DNA from: a virus
IMG/VR virus record: IMGVR_UViG_3300024996_000004
DNA: 64,000 nt
Reading direction: 5' to 3' (one strand)
In this document: positions 49,375 to 58,239 of the stretch, in pieces
How the letters are laid out: the number at the start of each line of letters is the position of its first letter
Position numbering within the stretch: the first letter of the stretch is position 1
Program-made: the position numbers and the translations under genes
The notes under the pieces: model-generated
The model's database searches: none
Seen by the model: the letters and a program-made list of their open reading frames with translations, nothing else
What the model was told of the DNA's origin: nothing

Positions 49375-49403
49375 TGACATATTTCATTGTATCCTTTACG
49401 ATG
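49375..49403 (+). promoter_or_regulatory. sigma70-type promoter
   Basis: TTGACA-N17-TACGAT. Confidence 0.6.
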
Positions 49404-49428
49404 ACATCAATTATAAAGGATATGTGTC

Positions 49429-49842
49429 ATGACGAAGTTAGTTTCAGCAGGAATCATCGTAAAATATCGTGATCGGTATTTATTAGGTCATGTAACAGGT
49501 CATGATAGTTATGATATTTTTAAAGGTAGAACTGAAGAAGGCGAATCCTATATTCAAACTGCTTTGAGAGAATGCCAAGAAGAATCGGGAATAGAATTTA
49601 CTGAAGATCAATTGCATTATTTAGGATATCATACTTATATTCCCAAGAAAGATTTGGTTTTATATGTTGCAAGAATTGATGAATTGTATATATCGGATTT
49701 GAAGTGTTCAACTGTATTTGATAATGGCAAGCCAGAAATGGATTCTTATGCAACCTTTGAATTCGATGATATGATTCCATATCTTGGTCGCAACATGGGT
49801 CGTGTACTATCATCACTTAAACATGAAATCGAAAGTTATTAA
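49429..49842 (+). CDS. Nudix hydrolase
   Basis: SAG, KG..EEGE....TALRECQEESG, PE.D. Confidence 0.9.
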   Translation: MTKLVSAGIIVKYRDRYLLGHVTGHDSYDIFKGRTEEGESYIQTALRECQEESGIEFTEDQLHYLGYHTYIPKKDLVLYVARIDELYISDLKCSTVFDNGKPEMDSYATFEFDDMIPYLGRNMGRVLSSLKHEIESY

Positions 49843-49914
49843 CTCATAATATCAAATTATGAGTTGATTATAAGTTCTAGTTAGTCTATTATTATAGAGA
49901 ATGAGAAAATTAAT

Positions 49915-50160
49915 ATGCATTATAGAAACGGACGAGAAGCTAAAAACGGTGATAAAATTATACAATTAGGAACTGATGGAAAAATTGTTTCCTATGGTCT
50001 TTTGTATAATGCAGTTCCCGGCAATGATTACTGCAATGGAAATATTGCAACATTACAACATAATCCTGATACGGCTTGTATTTGCGATTGTTTGCATGTT
50101 GATGATCTTGCAGCAATTCTTAAAGAAAATGGTTTGGATAAACGTCCAGAGAAAATGTGA
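49915..50160 (+). CDS. Conserved small hypothetical protein
   Basis: MHYRNGREAKNGD..., CDCLHVDD. Confidence 0.6.
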   Translation: MHYRNGREAKNGDKIIQLGTDGKIVSYGLLYNAVPGNDYCNGNIATLQHNPDTACICDCLHVDDLAAILKENGLDKRPEKM

Positions 50161-50615
50161 TGATACATAATAATATAAATCCCACATTATATGTATTAGG
50201 ATTCGCTTTCAATGAAGATAATACTAAAGTCCTTCTCATTGAAAAGAATCGGCCAAATTGGCAAGTCGGAAAGTTGAATGGAGTAGGTGGGCACATGGAA
50301 AAGAACGAATCGGCGCGTGAAGCAATGATTCGTGAATTTGAAGAAGAATCTAATCTACGAAATGAGAATTGGACGCAATATTGTGCCATGGAAGGCGATG
50401 GTTTTGTAGTTTATGTTTTTGCATCCTATCATAACGATAATTTAAGTGATTTTGTCAATATGACAGATGAAAAATTATCTATAATTGAAGTTAAAGAATT
50501 GCATGCTAATTCATCAATTAAAACGATATCAAATATTCCTTGGTTGGTTAACATGGCTCTTGATTATGATGTTATGATTCAAAATGTTGAACCTGTAATG
50601 ATTTATTATGACTAA
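50157..50615 (+). CDS. Nudix hydrolase (MutT-like)
   Basis: K.RP.WQ.G.LNG.GG..E..E....AM.REF.EE. Confidence 0.88.
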   Translation: MMIHNNINPTLYVLGFAFNEDNTKVLLIEKNRPNWQVGKLNGVGGHMEKNESAREAMIREFEEESNLRNENWTQYCAMEGDGFVVYVFASYHNDNLSDFVNMTDEKLSIIEVKELHANSSIKTISNIPWLVNMALDYDVMIQNVEPVMIYYD

Positions 50616-51192
50616 GTTAGTAGTATTCGACGCATATGGAACGATTGTAAATCGTACAAAAAAGATGGGCGTTTATCATGAATTAAAGAAATTGGCTGGT
50701 GTCACTGGTTATGAAATTAATCCATTAACTAATCCGATTACATTTGAAGATTGCGCTGAATTATTAGATGTGCATCTTCCTTATACTGGACTTTTAGAAA
50801 ATTTGGAAACAGAAATTAATTCTATCAAACCTTTTCCAGAAGTTATTGAAGTATTAAAGATTTTGAAACAGCGTAATAAGAAATTGGCGGTCTGTTCCAA
50901 TTTAGCTCAACCATATGCTAAACCTATCGTAGATATTTTTGGAGATTTGTTTGATCATTATATATGGTCATTTGAAGTAGGATATACAAAACCTTCTTCA
51001 CAAATTTATGAAAAAGTAGAAGAAGTTTTCGGGATGTCAGGAAAAGATATTCATATGGTCGGGGATACTTATGATTGCGATTTTGAAGAACCTCGTAATC
51101 GTGGTTGGACAGCTACATTTCTAGATAGGTCTGGAAAGAGTGAGCATTGTTCTATTTCAAGATTGAATTCATTATTTTTAGATATTAAATGA
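50608..51192 (+). CDS. HAD-superfamily hydrolase
   Basis: FDAYGT, CSN, SFEVG..KP...IY, MVGD...D. Confidence 0.88.
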   Translation: MTKLVVFDAYGTIVNRTKKMGVYHELKKLAGVTGYEINPLTNPITFEDCAELLDVHLPYTGLLENLETEINSIKPFPEVIEVLKILKQRNKKLAVCSNLAQPYAKPIVDIFGDLFDHYIWSFEVGYTKPSSQIYEKVEEVFGMSGKDIHMVGDTYDCDFEEPRNRGWTATFLDRSGKSEHCSISRLNSLFLDIK

Positions 51193-51254
51193 GTTGATTT
51201 CTGTGTTAGAAACAGTTATTCTTGATAAGAATAAGAAATGTATAAATAGTTTTA

Positions 51255-51590
51255 ATGATTGTGTGGATGGAAACATCCTGAAAATTGATCAATAAAGTGG
51301 TTGCGGACGTGGGTTCGAGTCCCACCATTTCCACCAAATGTAGCTTGAAAGCACAAAAGGCTGAAAGCATAAGCGGATACTTGGGATTAGCGCCAAGCAG
51401 GCTACATTTGATGGGGATGCATTGGTTTCGACGTGGCTGGTAATAGGTGAAATTACAATCCGTTCAGAATGGTACGTTATACCTTAAATAAAGCAAATGC
51501 TAATGATTCGTCATTCGCTCTAAACGATTACGCACTAGCTGCCTAATCCAATTTAGATGGGGTTTAAATCGACCTTATTACCCAATGATT
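51255..51590 (+). ncRNA. ssrA: Circularly permuted (two-piece) tmRNA gene
   Basis: The 3' tRNA-like half GGACGTGGGTTCGAGTCCCACCATTTCCACCA (ends 51336) precedes the 5' half GGGGATGCATTGGTTTCGAC (starts 51413). G3.U70 Ala identity pair. Tag ORF 51493-51546 encodes ANANDSSFALNDYALAA*. Outer ends are approximate. Confidence 0.92.
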
Positions 51591-51624
51591 AAAATAATGG
51601 CTCCTTTCGGAGCCATTATTTTTT
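51591..51624. terminator. Bidirectional terminator after tmRNA and phoH
   Basis: AAAATAATGGCTCC-TTTC-GGAGCCATTATTTT. Confidence 0.85.
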
Positions 51625-51638
51625 GTAACACAATTACA

Positions 51639-52409
51639 TTATAATCCTAAATCTTCGCAAGCAATGATGAAGTTTTTGACGAATTTTGATCTGACAATAT
51701 CTTCTTTTTGAAAATAAATGATGTCAACTTCATCCATTCTATTCATAACTTTCATGAATTTATCGAATCCACTGACCACTTTATGTTCATATTGCAAATC
51801 ACCTTGCGCCTTATCACCTATGATGACAAGCTTACTATTACCAGATAATCGTGTCATAACACTTTTAAGTTCATCCCATGAAAAGTTTTGACATTCATCA
51901 ATAATAACAATAGCATTATCCCATGATAATCCTCTGATGAACGATGTTGGCATAAATTCTATTTTCCCAGCTTCTTTAAGATCATCATATGATGAATATT
52001 TACCTACTAAATCGTGACATATATCTCTGTAAGGAGCTTCAAATGGTGCAGTTTTTTCATCTAAATCGCCCGGAAGCGCTCCTAAACTTTTGCCTGTTGT
52101 AATAATAGAGCGGACAATGATAATTTTATTCTGATTAAATTCTTTAGAGAATATCGTGTTTAATGCTAACCATAATGCTAAGAAACTTTTACCAGTTCCC
52201 GGTGATCCCGTAGCTACAATATGATTTCCCATAAAATAACTTTCTATCATAGCTCTTTGTTTTTCGTTCATAGGTTTGATAGATTTAATATCTAATACAT
52301 TCCAAGATTTTTTTCTTGATCCTTGTTTAATAGCTACAACATTATTTTCTGTAAATTCTGACATCAACATTTCATTTTTTAACGCTTTTCTTGATACTCT
52401 TTTTGACAT
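51639..52409 (-). CDS. phoH: PhoH-like ATPase
   Basis: GSPGTGKS, G.LPG...EK, FIRG, IIDECQN, TR, GD..Q.D, DIVRS. Confidence 0.95.
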   Translation of the reverse strand: MSKRVSRKALKNEMLMSEFTENNVVAIKQGSRKKSWNVLDIKSIKPMNEKQRAMIESYFMGNHIVATGSPGTGKSFLALWLALNTIFSKEFNQNKIIIVRSIITTGKSLGALPGDLDEKTAPFEAPYRDICHDLVGKYSSYDDLKEAGKIEFMPTSFIRGLSWDNAIVIIDECQNFSWDELKSVMTRLSGNSKLVIIGDKAQGDLQYEHKVVSGFDKFMKVMNRMDEVDIIYFQKEDIVRSKFVKNFIIACEDLGL

Positions 52410-52619
52410 AAATTAATTCCTTTAAAAAGATATTGGCATGCAACGGGGGGAGGATTAGTAGATGGGAGAGCGATTACATAACATTCTCCTTAAGTTGATG
52501 TGCACGATAGCGAGCAATAAAGTTGATAAATAATACGTCAAATGATACGATAGTTTTTAACAAAGAACAAACTCATTGTTTACTAAATTATTTATTAAAT
52601 ACTAATATAGGAATATTAA

Positions 52620-52808
52620 ATGTCTATTAAAACTTATGTTTATGGTGGAAATGAAGTAAGTCTCACCGGAAGAATAGCTAATAAAAAATTATATTCTGGG
52701 AGATTGAAAGTGTTATACGAAATCCATCCAATCAATATAGATAATTCTGATAAATCTTACAATAAATGGGTTGAAATGAACGATTTATTTGAAATTGAGG
52801 ACAATTAA
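52620..52808 (+). CDS. Small conserved hypothetical protein
   Basis: EV.LTGR.A...LYEI.P...KWV...DLFEI. Confidence 0.55.
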   Translation: MSIKTYVYGGNEVSLTGRIANKKLYSGRLKVLYEIHPINIDNSDKSYNKWVEMNDLFEIEDN

Positions 52809-53296
52809 TGAAATTAGAAACTCTTGTAGAACATATGATTAAAGAAAGTGGCGGCACATATGATGCAGTTACTTTCAGTGAAGGTACGGATAAACGCATT
52901 AAAAAATTTGTAGATGATCATCATATTCCCAACCCATTGTCTCCCAAAAAATATCATTGCACCGTGATTTATTCTAAAAAGTATTTGCCAACATTTAAAG
53001 CTATGGGTAAAATTGAACCTCATTGGATAGGCACACCCACAAAACTTGATATTTTCAAGACTGCAGAAGGTTCAAATTGTTTAGTATTAAGATTCGATTG
53101 CAAAGATGTTGTAGATCGTCATCACTTTGTTATGAAAAAATATGGAGCTACTTATGATCATCCAGTATTTAAAAATCATATTACATTAAGTTATGACATC
53201 GGTGACGATTTTGATATAAAACCTTTACAATCTTTCGTTAAAAATATTGGTCCTATCGAAATTATTGAAGAATATTCTGAAGGATTAGATGAGTGA
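52808..53296 (+). CDS. acb1: Acb1-like (T4 57B) 2H phosphoesterase, candidate anti-CBASS nuclease
   Basis: GTY, HCTVIYSK, CLVL, GATYDH..F..HITLSYD, EY.E.L. Confidence 0.75.
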   Translation: MKLETLVEHMIKESGGTYDAVTFSEGTDKRIKKFVDDHHIPNPLSPKKYHCTVIYSKKYLPTFKAMGKIEPHWIGTPTKLDIFKTAEGSNCLVLRFDCKDVVDRHHFVMKKYGATYDHPVFKNHITLSYDIGDDFDIKPLQSFVKNIGPIEIIEEYSEGLDE

Positions 53297-53724
53297 TCAT
53301 TGACGAAATATCAGAGATTAAAAAGTATCTTCAAGATATTACAGATCGAACAGATTTTGATGAATTGATGCAATCTTTTAATATAACCTTTTTTATTGAT
53401 GATATTAAGAAATTAATGTATATTAAACAATTTCTACGTTTAGTTCATCTTGCAGTGTCCAAATCTTTCTATATGTATGATACCATTGATGAACTTCCAA
53501 TAGGATTATTAGGATTTAATGGTACTTTTACATCGTCAACAAAAATCAAAGAAGTTATAAAAAGTATTTTAGAAAACCATTCATGTTCTCTGGAAGATAT
53601 GACCATCATCATAGGATTATATGATGATAAATCACATATCGTTGGCATGCTCAATAATTATGTTCACAAAGATGAACAACCTATAATCATGCATGTGGAA
53701 GATGCTGTCAGCGAATTTGCTTAA
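53293..53724 (+). CDS. Hypothetical protein
   Basis: GTG start coupled to the upstream stop. Confidence 0.5.
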   Translation: MIIDEISEIKKYLQDITDRTDFDELMQSFNITFFIDDIKKLMYIKQFLRLVHLAVSKSFYMYDTIDELPIGLLGFNGTFTSSTKIKEVIKSILENHSCSLEDMTIIIGLYDDKSHIVGMLNNYVHKDEQPIIMHVEDAVSEFA

Positions 53725-53782
53725 ATCATTGCTTTATTCATGAGGATTCTGTAAGATTGCAGTCCTATTCAGGAGATGTGAT

Positions 53783-53980
53783 ATGCAAGATTTCCAGCAA
53801 CGAGTAATAGATGAAAAGTCAGAGCTTGATAACAAAATAGACAAGTTAGCGACATTTGTCGATTCAGACAAATTTGAAACTTTAAGCGCCAAAGACCGTT
53901 CATTATTATATCAACAATTAAATATTATGATTAATTATAGTGCAATTCTTGGCGCACGAATCGCAGGTTTCGAAATTTAA
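53783..53980 (+). CDS. Small conserved phage helical-hairpin protein
   Basis: QQRVIDEK.EL..KI.KL..F....F..L......LL..Q...M..Y..IL..RI; AGGAG RBS. Confidence 0.7.
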   Translation: MQDFQQRVIDEKSELDNKIDKLATFVDSDKFETLSAKDRSLLYQQLNIMINYSAILGARIAGFEI

Positions 53981-53993
53981 TCGGATCATTTTC

Positions 53994-55868
53994 ATGAATA
54001 TTATTGAAGAGTTAATTTCACAATTAATCGAATATGATAATGCTTATCATAATGGAGATAGCGTTATTCCAGATGTGCAATATGATCAATTAAAACGTGA
54101 AATTCAAAAACAAGCTCCCAATCACCCGTACTTCATTCAAGTAGGATCAGATGTTCGTGGAGGTAAAGTAAAATTACCTTATAGCATGGGATCACTCAAT
54201 CAAATTTATGAAAATGATTATGAAAAATGGTGCAATAAATTCAATCTTAAAAATGAATCCATTGTAGTTAGTCATAAATTGGACGGTGTATCGTGCATGA
54301 TCCAATATAAGGATGGCAAATTTAGAATAGCTTATTCTAGAGGCAATGGTGTAATGGGCGCAGATATCACTCGTCACGTATCCAAAATCATTAATCTTCC
54401 TAAAGATATTTCATTACGAGGTCATGTCACCATTCGTGGTGAATTGATTATGAAGAATGATACTTTTGAAAGGAATTGGAAGGATGAATTTGCTAATCCG
54501 AGAAATATGACAAGCGGTATTTTCAATCGATCAATTACGGATGAAGATGCTATTAAAGATATAGATTTTATTGCTTATCAAATCGTAGACGGTAGTGATG
54601 AATTTAAAAAGTCGAGTCAAGTTGATGATATGCAGTTGCTTGATACACTAGGATTTACCACTGTTACATTAGAAACGGTTCGTGGAAGTAAATTGGATGA
54701 TGATGAATTAACATCTATGCTGACTAAAGCTCGTCAAATATCTCCATATGAATTAGATGGCATTGTACTTACTATTAATGAGAAGAATGCCCAAAAGAAT
54801 TTGAGCAATTCTTCCAGTCTTAATCCAGAACATTCAGTAAAATACAAAGTTTTGGACAAAAATTCTATTGTTGAAGCAGAAGTTGTGAATGTCAGTTATG
54901 AAATATCTAAACATGGCCTCTTTAAGCCTCGTGTAGAAATTATTCCTGTTCAGTTATTCGGAACTACTGTAACCTTCGCCACGGGCTTTAATGGACGTTA
55001 TATCAACGATAATAATATTGGTCCCGGAACTATTGTGAACATTACAAAAAGCGGGAGTGTGATACCACACATTTTAAATGTTGTCAAACCGACAAATGCA
55101 CAACTTCCAATCAAAGAGTTGTGGGAATGGAATGAAAATGGCGTTGATATGGTTATTAACAACTATCAGAACAATCCTACAGTAATATTCAAACAAGTAT
55201 TAGATTTTTTTAACACTTTAGAAGTGGATTTATTGAAAGAAGCATCAATAAAGAAAATCATCGATTACTGTGATATGAATGATGAACCATACGAAACCAT
55301 TCTTGCTGTTATGATAGATTTAACCGAGTTGGAATGGGAGAAAGCTATTGGTGCAAATGGATCAAAGATTTATGCCAGTTTAGAGAGAAAATTAAACACG
55401 TTAACTTTGGCTAGATATCTTGGTGCCGTTAAGTATTTTGGATCAGGATTTGGCGTAAGAAAAGCAAAATTGTTATTAAAAAACCTGACTGACGAATCTT
55501 CTGTATGGAATTTAACAGTTCCGAAAATTATAGAATTTGAAGGATTCGATACAATAACTGCTGAAAAATTTGTGGACGGTTTGCGAGAAGCTTTAGAATT
55601 ATCTAAAGAACTTGATTTAAAATTTAAACAAGAGGTCAAAACCAATGAATTACAACATTTGGTAGTTGTATTCACTGGATTCCGAGATAAGGAATTCCAA
55701 GATAAATTAGAAAAGACTGGTGCGAAGGTAGGTACATCAGTATCCAAAAAAACCACTCATGTTATTACAGCAGAACCTAATTCGATGTCAGGAAAAGCAG
55801 TAAAAGCTAGAGAACTTGGAATAAAAACTTTATCACTTGACGAATTCAAAGAAGAGTTTAATTTATGA
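53994..55868 (+). CDS. ligA: NAD+-dependent DNA ligase (no Zn finger; C-terminal BRCT)
   Basis: AYH.G.S.I.D..YD, MGSL, KLDG, SRGNG..G.DIT, RGE, NPRN, DGIV, VFTG...G.SVSKKT. Confidence 0.93.
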   Translation: MNIIEELISQLIEYDNAYHNGDSVIPDVQYDQLKREIQKQAPNHPYFIQVGSDVRGGKVKLPYSMGSLNQIYENDYEKWCNKFNLKNESIVVSHKLDGVSCMIQYKDGKFRIAYSRGNGVMGADITRHVSKIINLPKDISLRGHVTIRGELIMKNDTFERNWKDEFANPRNMTSGIFNRSITDEDAIKDIDFIAYQIVDGSDEFKKSSQVDDMQLLDTLGFTTVTLETVRGSKLDDDELTSMLTKARQISPYELDGIVLTINEKNAQKNLSNSSSLNPEHSVKYKVLDKNSIVEAEVVNVSYEISKHGLFKPRVEIIPVQLFGTTVTFATGFNGRYINDNNIGPGTIVNITKSGSVIPHILNVVKPTNAQLPIKELWEWNENGVDMVINNYQNNPTVIFKQVLDFFNTLEVDLLKEASIKKIIDYCDMNDEPYETILAVMIDLTELEWEKAIGANGSKIYASLERKLNTLTLARYLGAVKYFGSGFGVRKAKLLLKNLTDESSVWNLTVPKIIEFEGFDTITAEKFVDGLREALELSKELDLKFKQEVKTNELQHLVVVFTGFRDKEFQDKLEKTGAKVGTSVSKKTTHVITAEPNSMSGKAVKARELGIKTLSLDEFKEEFNL

Positions 55869-56062
55869 TTATTGAAGATTTGAATCATTATATCGGAAAA
55901 CCAAAGAGTGAATTAGAATCATTCCTTAAAGATAATTTCCACACTTTAAGAATAATCAAACGTGATGGAATTCCGATGGTTTGTACAAGAGATGTTAATC
56001 GAGATAGATTAAATGTAGAAGTTGTGGAAAATTTAATTACTGCTATCAAAGGATTTGGATAA
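55865..56062 (+). CDS. Peptidase inhibitor I78/potato inhibitor I-like protein
   Basis: IGK......R.....G...T.D...DRLNV.V....I.....G. Confidence 0.65.
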   Translation: MIIEDLNHYIGKPKSELESFLKDNFHTLRIIKRDGIPMVCTRDVNRDRLNVEVVENLITAIKGFG

Positions 56063-56124
56063 AATTAGTTAATTACATTATTCAACAGATAAATAATCCA
56101 TCATAGGAGAATGATATGTTTAAT

Positions 56125-56280
56125 CTGATTTTGTTGTATCATCTGTAGGTGTAGTAACTGTTACGGGTATCGTTACTTTACCAAAACTTAAAGCTTTATT
56201 TACCACTTTAAAAGGTAAGTTTTTTGCGAAAGATGCACCCGTAACAGTTACTACACCTACAGATGATACAACAAAAACAG
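56125..56280. repeat. Long inverted repeat (perfect 40-bp arms 56129-56168 and 56237-56276)
   Basis: Arms checked base by base as exact reverse complements. Confidence 0.95.
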
Positions 56281-56315
56281 TAGCTAAGTAATTGAGAAGT
56301 AAGTAAAAAATATAT

Positions 56316-56351
56316 AAGCCGCTTGACAATTACGTCAAGCGGCTTTATTAT
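56316..56351 (+). promoter_or_regulatory. 12-bp-arm palindrome overlapping the sigma70 promoter of clpP
   Basis: AAGCCGCTTGAC-AATTAC-GTCAAGCGGCTT contains TTGACA(56323)-N17-TATTAT. Confidence 0.65.
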
Positions 56352-56378
56352 GTGGTCTATCAACGAAGGTGAAATATT

Positions 56379-57131
56379 TTGAATAATAAACAATTAGGAA
56401 ACATGGGTAAAATAGATTTTCAGTCATTACAAAATAATAATTTCGAAGAATTATTACAATTAGATTTAACACAACAGAATAAACACGTAAAACATTATAA
56501 GCAATCAGTGGCAGTTAATATTCATCATTTCTATATCGTTGAGGATATTGGTGAAGTTAATTATTATCTTAACATGATTAACATTTTAAGGACTGCTGAA
56601 CAACATGATACTATTTTCATATATTTGAATACAAATGGTGGAAATCTTCACACATCTATACAAATTATTTCGGCTATTAGACAATCACAGGCTACTGTAA
56701 TAACATCATTAGAAGGTATGGTAGCATCAGCTGGAACAATGATATTCCTAGCAGGTCATAAGCATATTGTTAATCAGAATTGTACTTTCATGATTCATAA
56801 TTATTCTCAATTGGTTGGCGGTAAAGGAAACGAAATCGTAGCTCAAGTTAAATTTACTGAAGTGTACTTTAGAAAACTTGCGGATATGATTTATGGAGAA
56901 TTTTTGACTAAGGAAGAATTGGATTCTGTCGTGCAAGGAAAGGATTTATGGATGGATAGTGATGAAGTAGCATCTAGGGTGAAAGATAAATTGATAAATC
57001 TTAATTCTCCTGATGATGTTTCCGATATTATTAGTCCATTAAGTGAACAATTAGCTGTACAAAAACCAGCGGACGAAGTGGTTCAATCAAAACCTAAAAA
57101 ATCGTCAAAAAAACCTAAAAAAGTTGATTAA
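56379..57131 (+). CDS. clpP: ClpP-like protease
   Basis: LNTNGG, G.VASAGT.IFLAG (catalytic Ser), FMIHN (His), DLW. Confidence 0.85.
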   Translation: MNNKQLGNMGKIDFQSLQNNNFEELLQLDLTQQNKHVKHYKQSVAVNIHHFYIVEDIGEVNYYLNMINILRTAEQHDTIFIYLNTNGGNLHTSIQIISAIRQSQATVITSLEGMVASAGTMIFLAGHKHIVNQNCTFMIHNYSQLVGGKGNEIVAQVKFTEVYFRKLADMIYGEFLTKEELDSVVQGKDLWMDSDEVASRVKDKLINLNSPDDVSDIISPLSEQLAVQKPADEVVQSKPKKSSKKPKKVD

Positions 57132-57176
57132 ATGCATTAATCATGATAAATTAGCCATCGTTAAGATGGCTTTTTT

Positions 57177-58205
57177 ATGTTTAACAAAAACATTGAAGAT
57201 TTAGTTCGAGAATACGTTGATTTCAATCATGGATATTCTAAAAACTGGAACAAAGTTTACTGTGAAGTTTGTGGTGATGGTAGCAGAACCAAAGGACCGC
57301 GCGGTGGATGGTTATTTAATGATGAAATGGCATTTTATCATTGTTTTAACTGCAATATAGAAGGAAATTTCGATCCTAACAGAGAATATCCTTTATCAAA
57401 GGAAATGAAAACCATTTTTGATAGCTTTCATGTTCCAGAAAAAGAATATTATACGATTGCATATAAGAATAGAATCTTAGATGATAAAAAATTAAATAAA
57501 CCAAAAAGAAAAAAAATAGATATAGAAGTCATGGAACTACCGGATTACTTCTATTTACTTAATGATGCTAAAAAAGATAATGTGATAGCTGCCAAAGCTT
57601 ATGAAGAATTAGCATATCGTAATATAAATCCTGATGATTATCCATTTTATTTGAGTAATGGAAAATCTAAAATGGGAGTTAGACATGAAGCTATAGCAAA
57701 ATCTTTAGTAAATCGTCTTATTATACCTTTCTTTGATAACAAAGCTGATTTGATTTATTATCAGGCGCGAGCATTAGATAAAACCAATAAAAAACGTTAC
57801 ATAAATGCAGATGTGTCCAGATCAAATATTATCTATGGTATGAATCAATTATATACTAATACAACATCTCCATTATATGTAACTGAAGGATTTTTTGATG
57901 CTTACCACCTTAAAGGTGTTAGTTTGCAAGAAAACAATATGACTCAAGGACAGATTGAGTTATTGAAAAGAAGTCCTCGACAAAAAGTATTCATTCCTGA
58001 CAAAAAATCAGATTCTTCAAAAATAGTGGATCAATTTATCAAATTAGATTGGAAAATATCGGTTCCTGATATTGGATCATCCTGCAAAGATGTTGATGAC
58101 TCTGTGAGGAAATATGGACGACTTTACACATGTTGGCAAGTGGCTAATAATATACACAATGCGTCTGATGCAAAATTGTTACTAAAAATGTTTAACTATC
58201 TATAA
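57177..58205 (+). CDS. DNA primase (T4 gp61/DnaG-like)
   Basis: C..CGD, YHCFNC, RLIIPF, YQAR, TEG.FDA, KDVDD; the DxD motif reads D-K-K. Confidence 0.8.
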   Translation: MFNKNIEDLVREYVDFNHGYSKNWNKVYCEVCGDGSRTKGPRGGWLFNDEMAFYHCFNCNIEGNFDPNREYPLSKEMKTIFDSFHVPEKEYYTIAYKNRILDDKKLNKPKRKKIDIEVMELPDYFYLLNDAKKDNVIAAKAYEELAYRNINPDDYPFYLSNGKSKMGVRHEAIAKSLVNRLIIPFFDNKADLIYYQARALDKTNKKRYINADVSRSNIIYGMNQLYTNTTSPLYVTEGFFDAYHLKGVSLQENNMTQGQIELLKRSPRQKVFIPDKKSDSSKIVDQFIKLDWKISVPDIGSSCKDVDDSVRKYGRLYTCWQVANNIHNASDAKLLLKMFNYL

Positions 58206-58239
58206 ATAATCTTACAATATCATAACTTGAGATTAGTAC

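Noticed and set aside
51303-51336. Stand-alone tRNA gene (TpsiC arm plus CCA)
   Set aside because: There is no D or anticodon arm upstream; it is the acceptor half of the permuted tmRNA.
56120-56393. Minus-strand ORFs 56120-56329 and 56208-56393 as real genes
   Set aside because: They lack an RBS, run across the clpP promoter, and are by-products of the inverted repeat.
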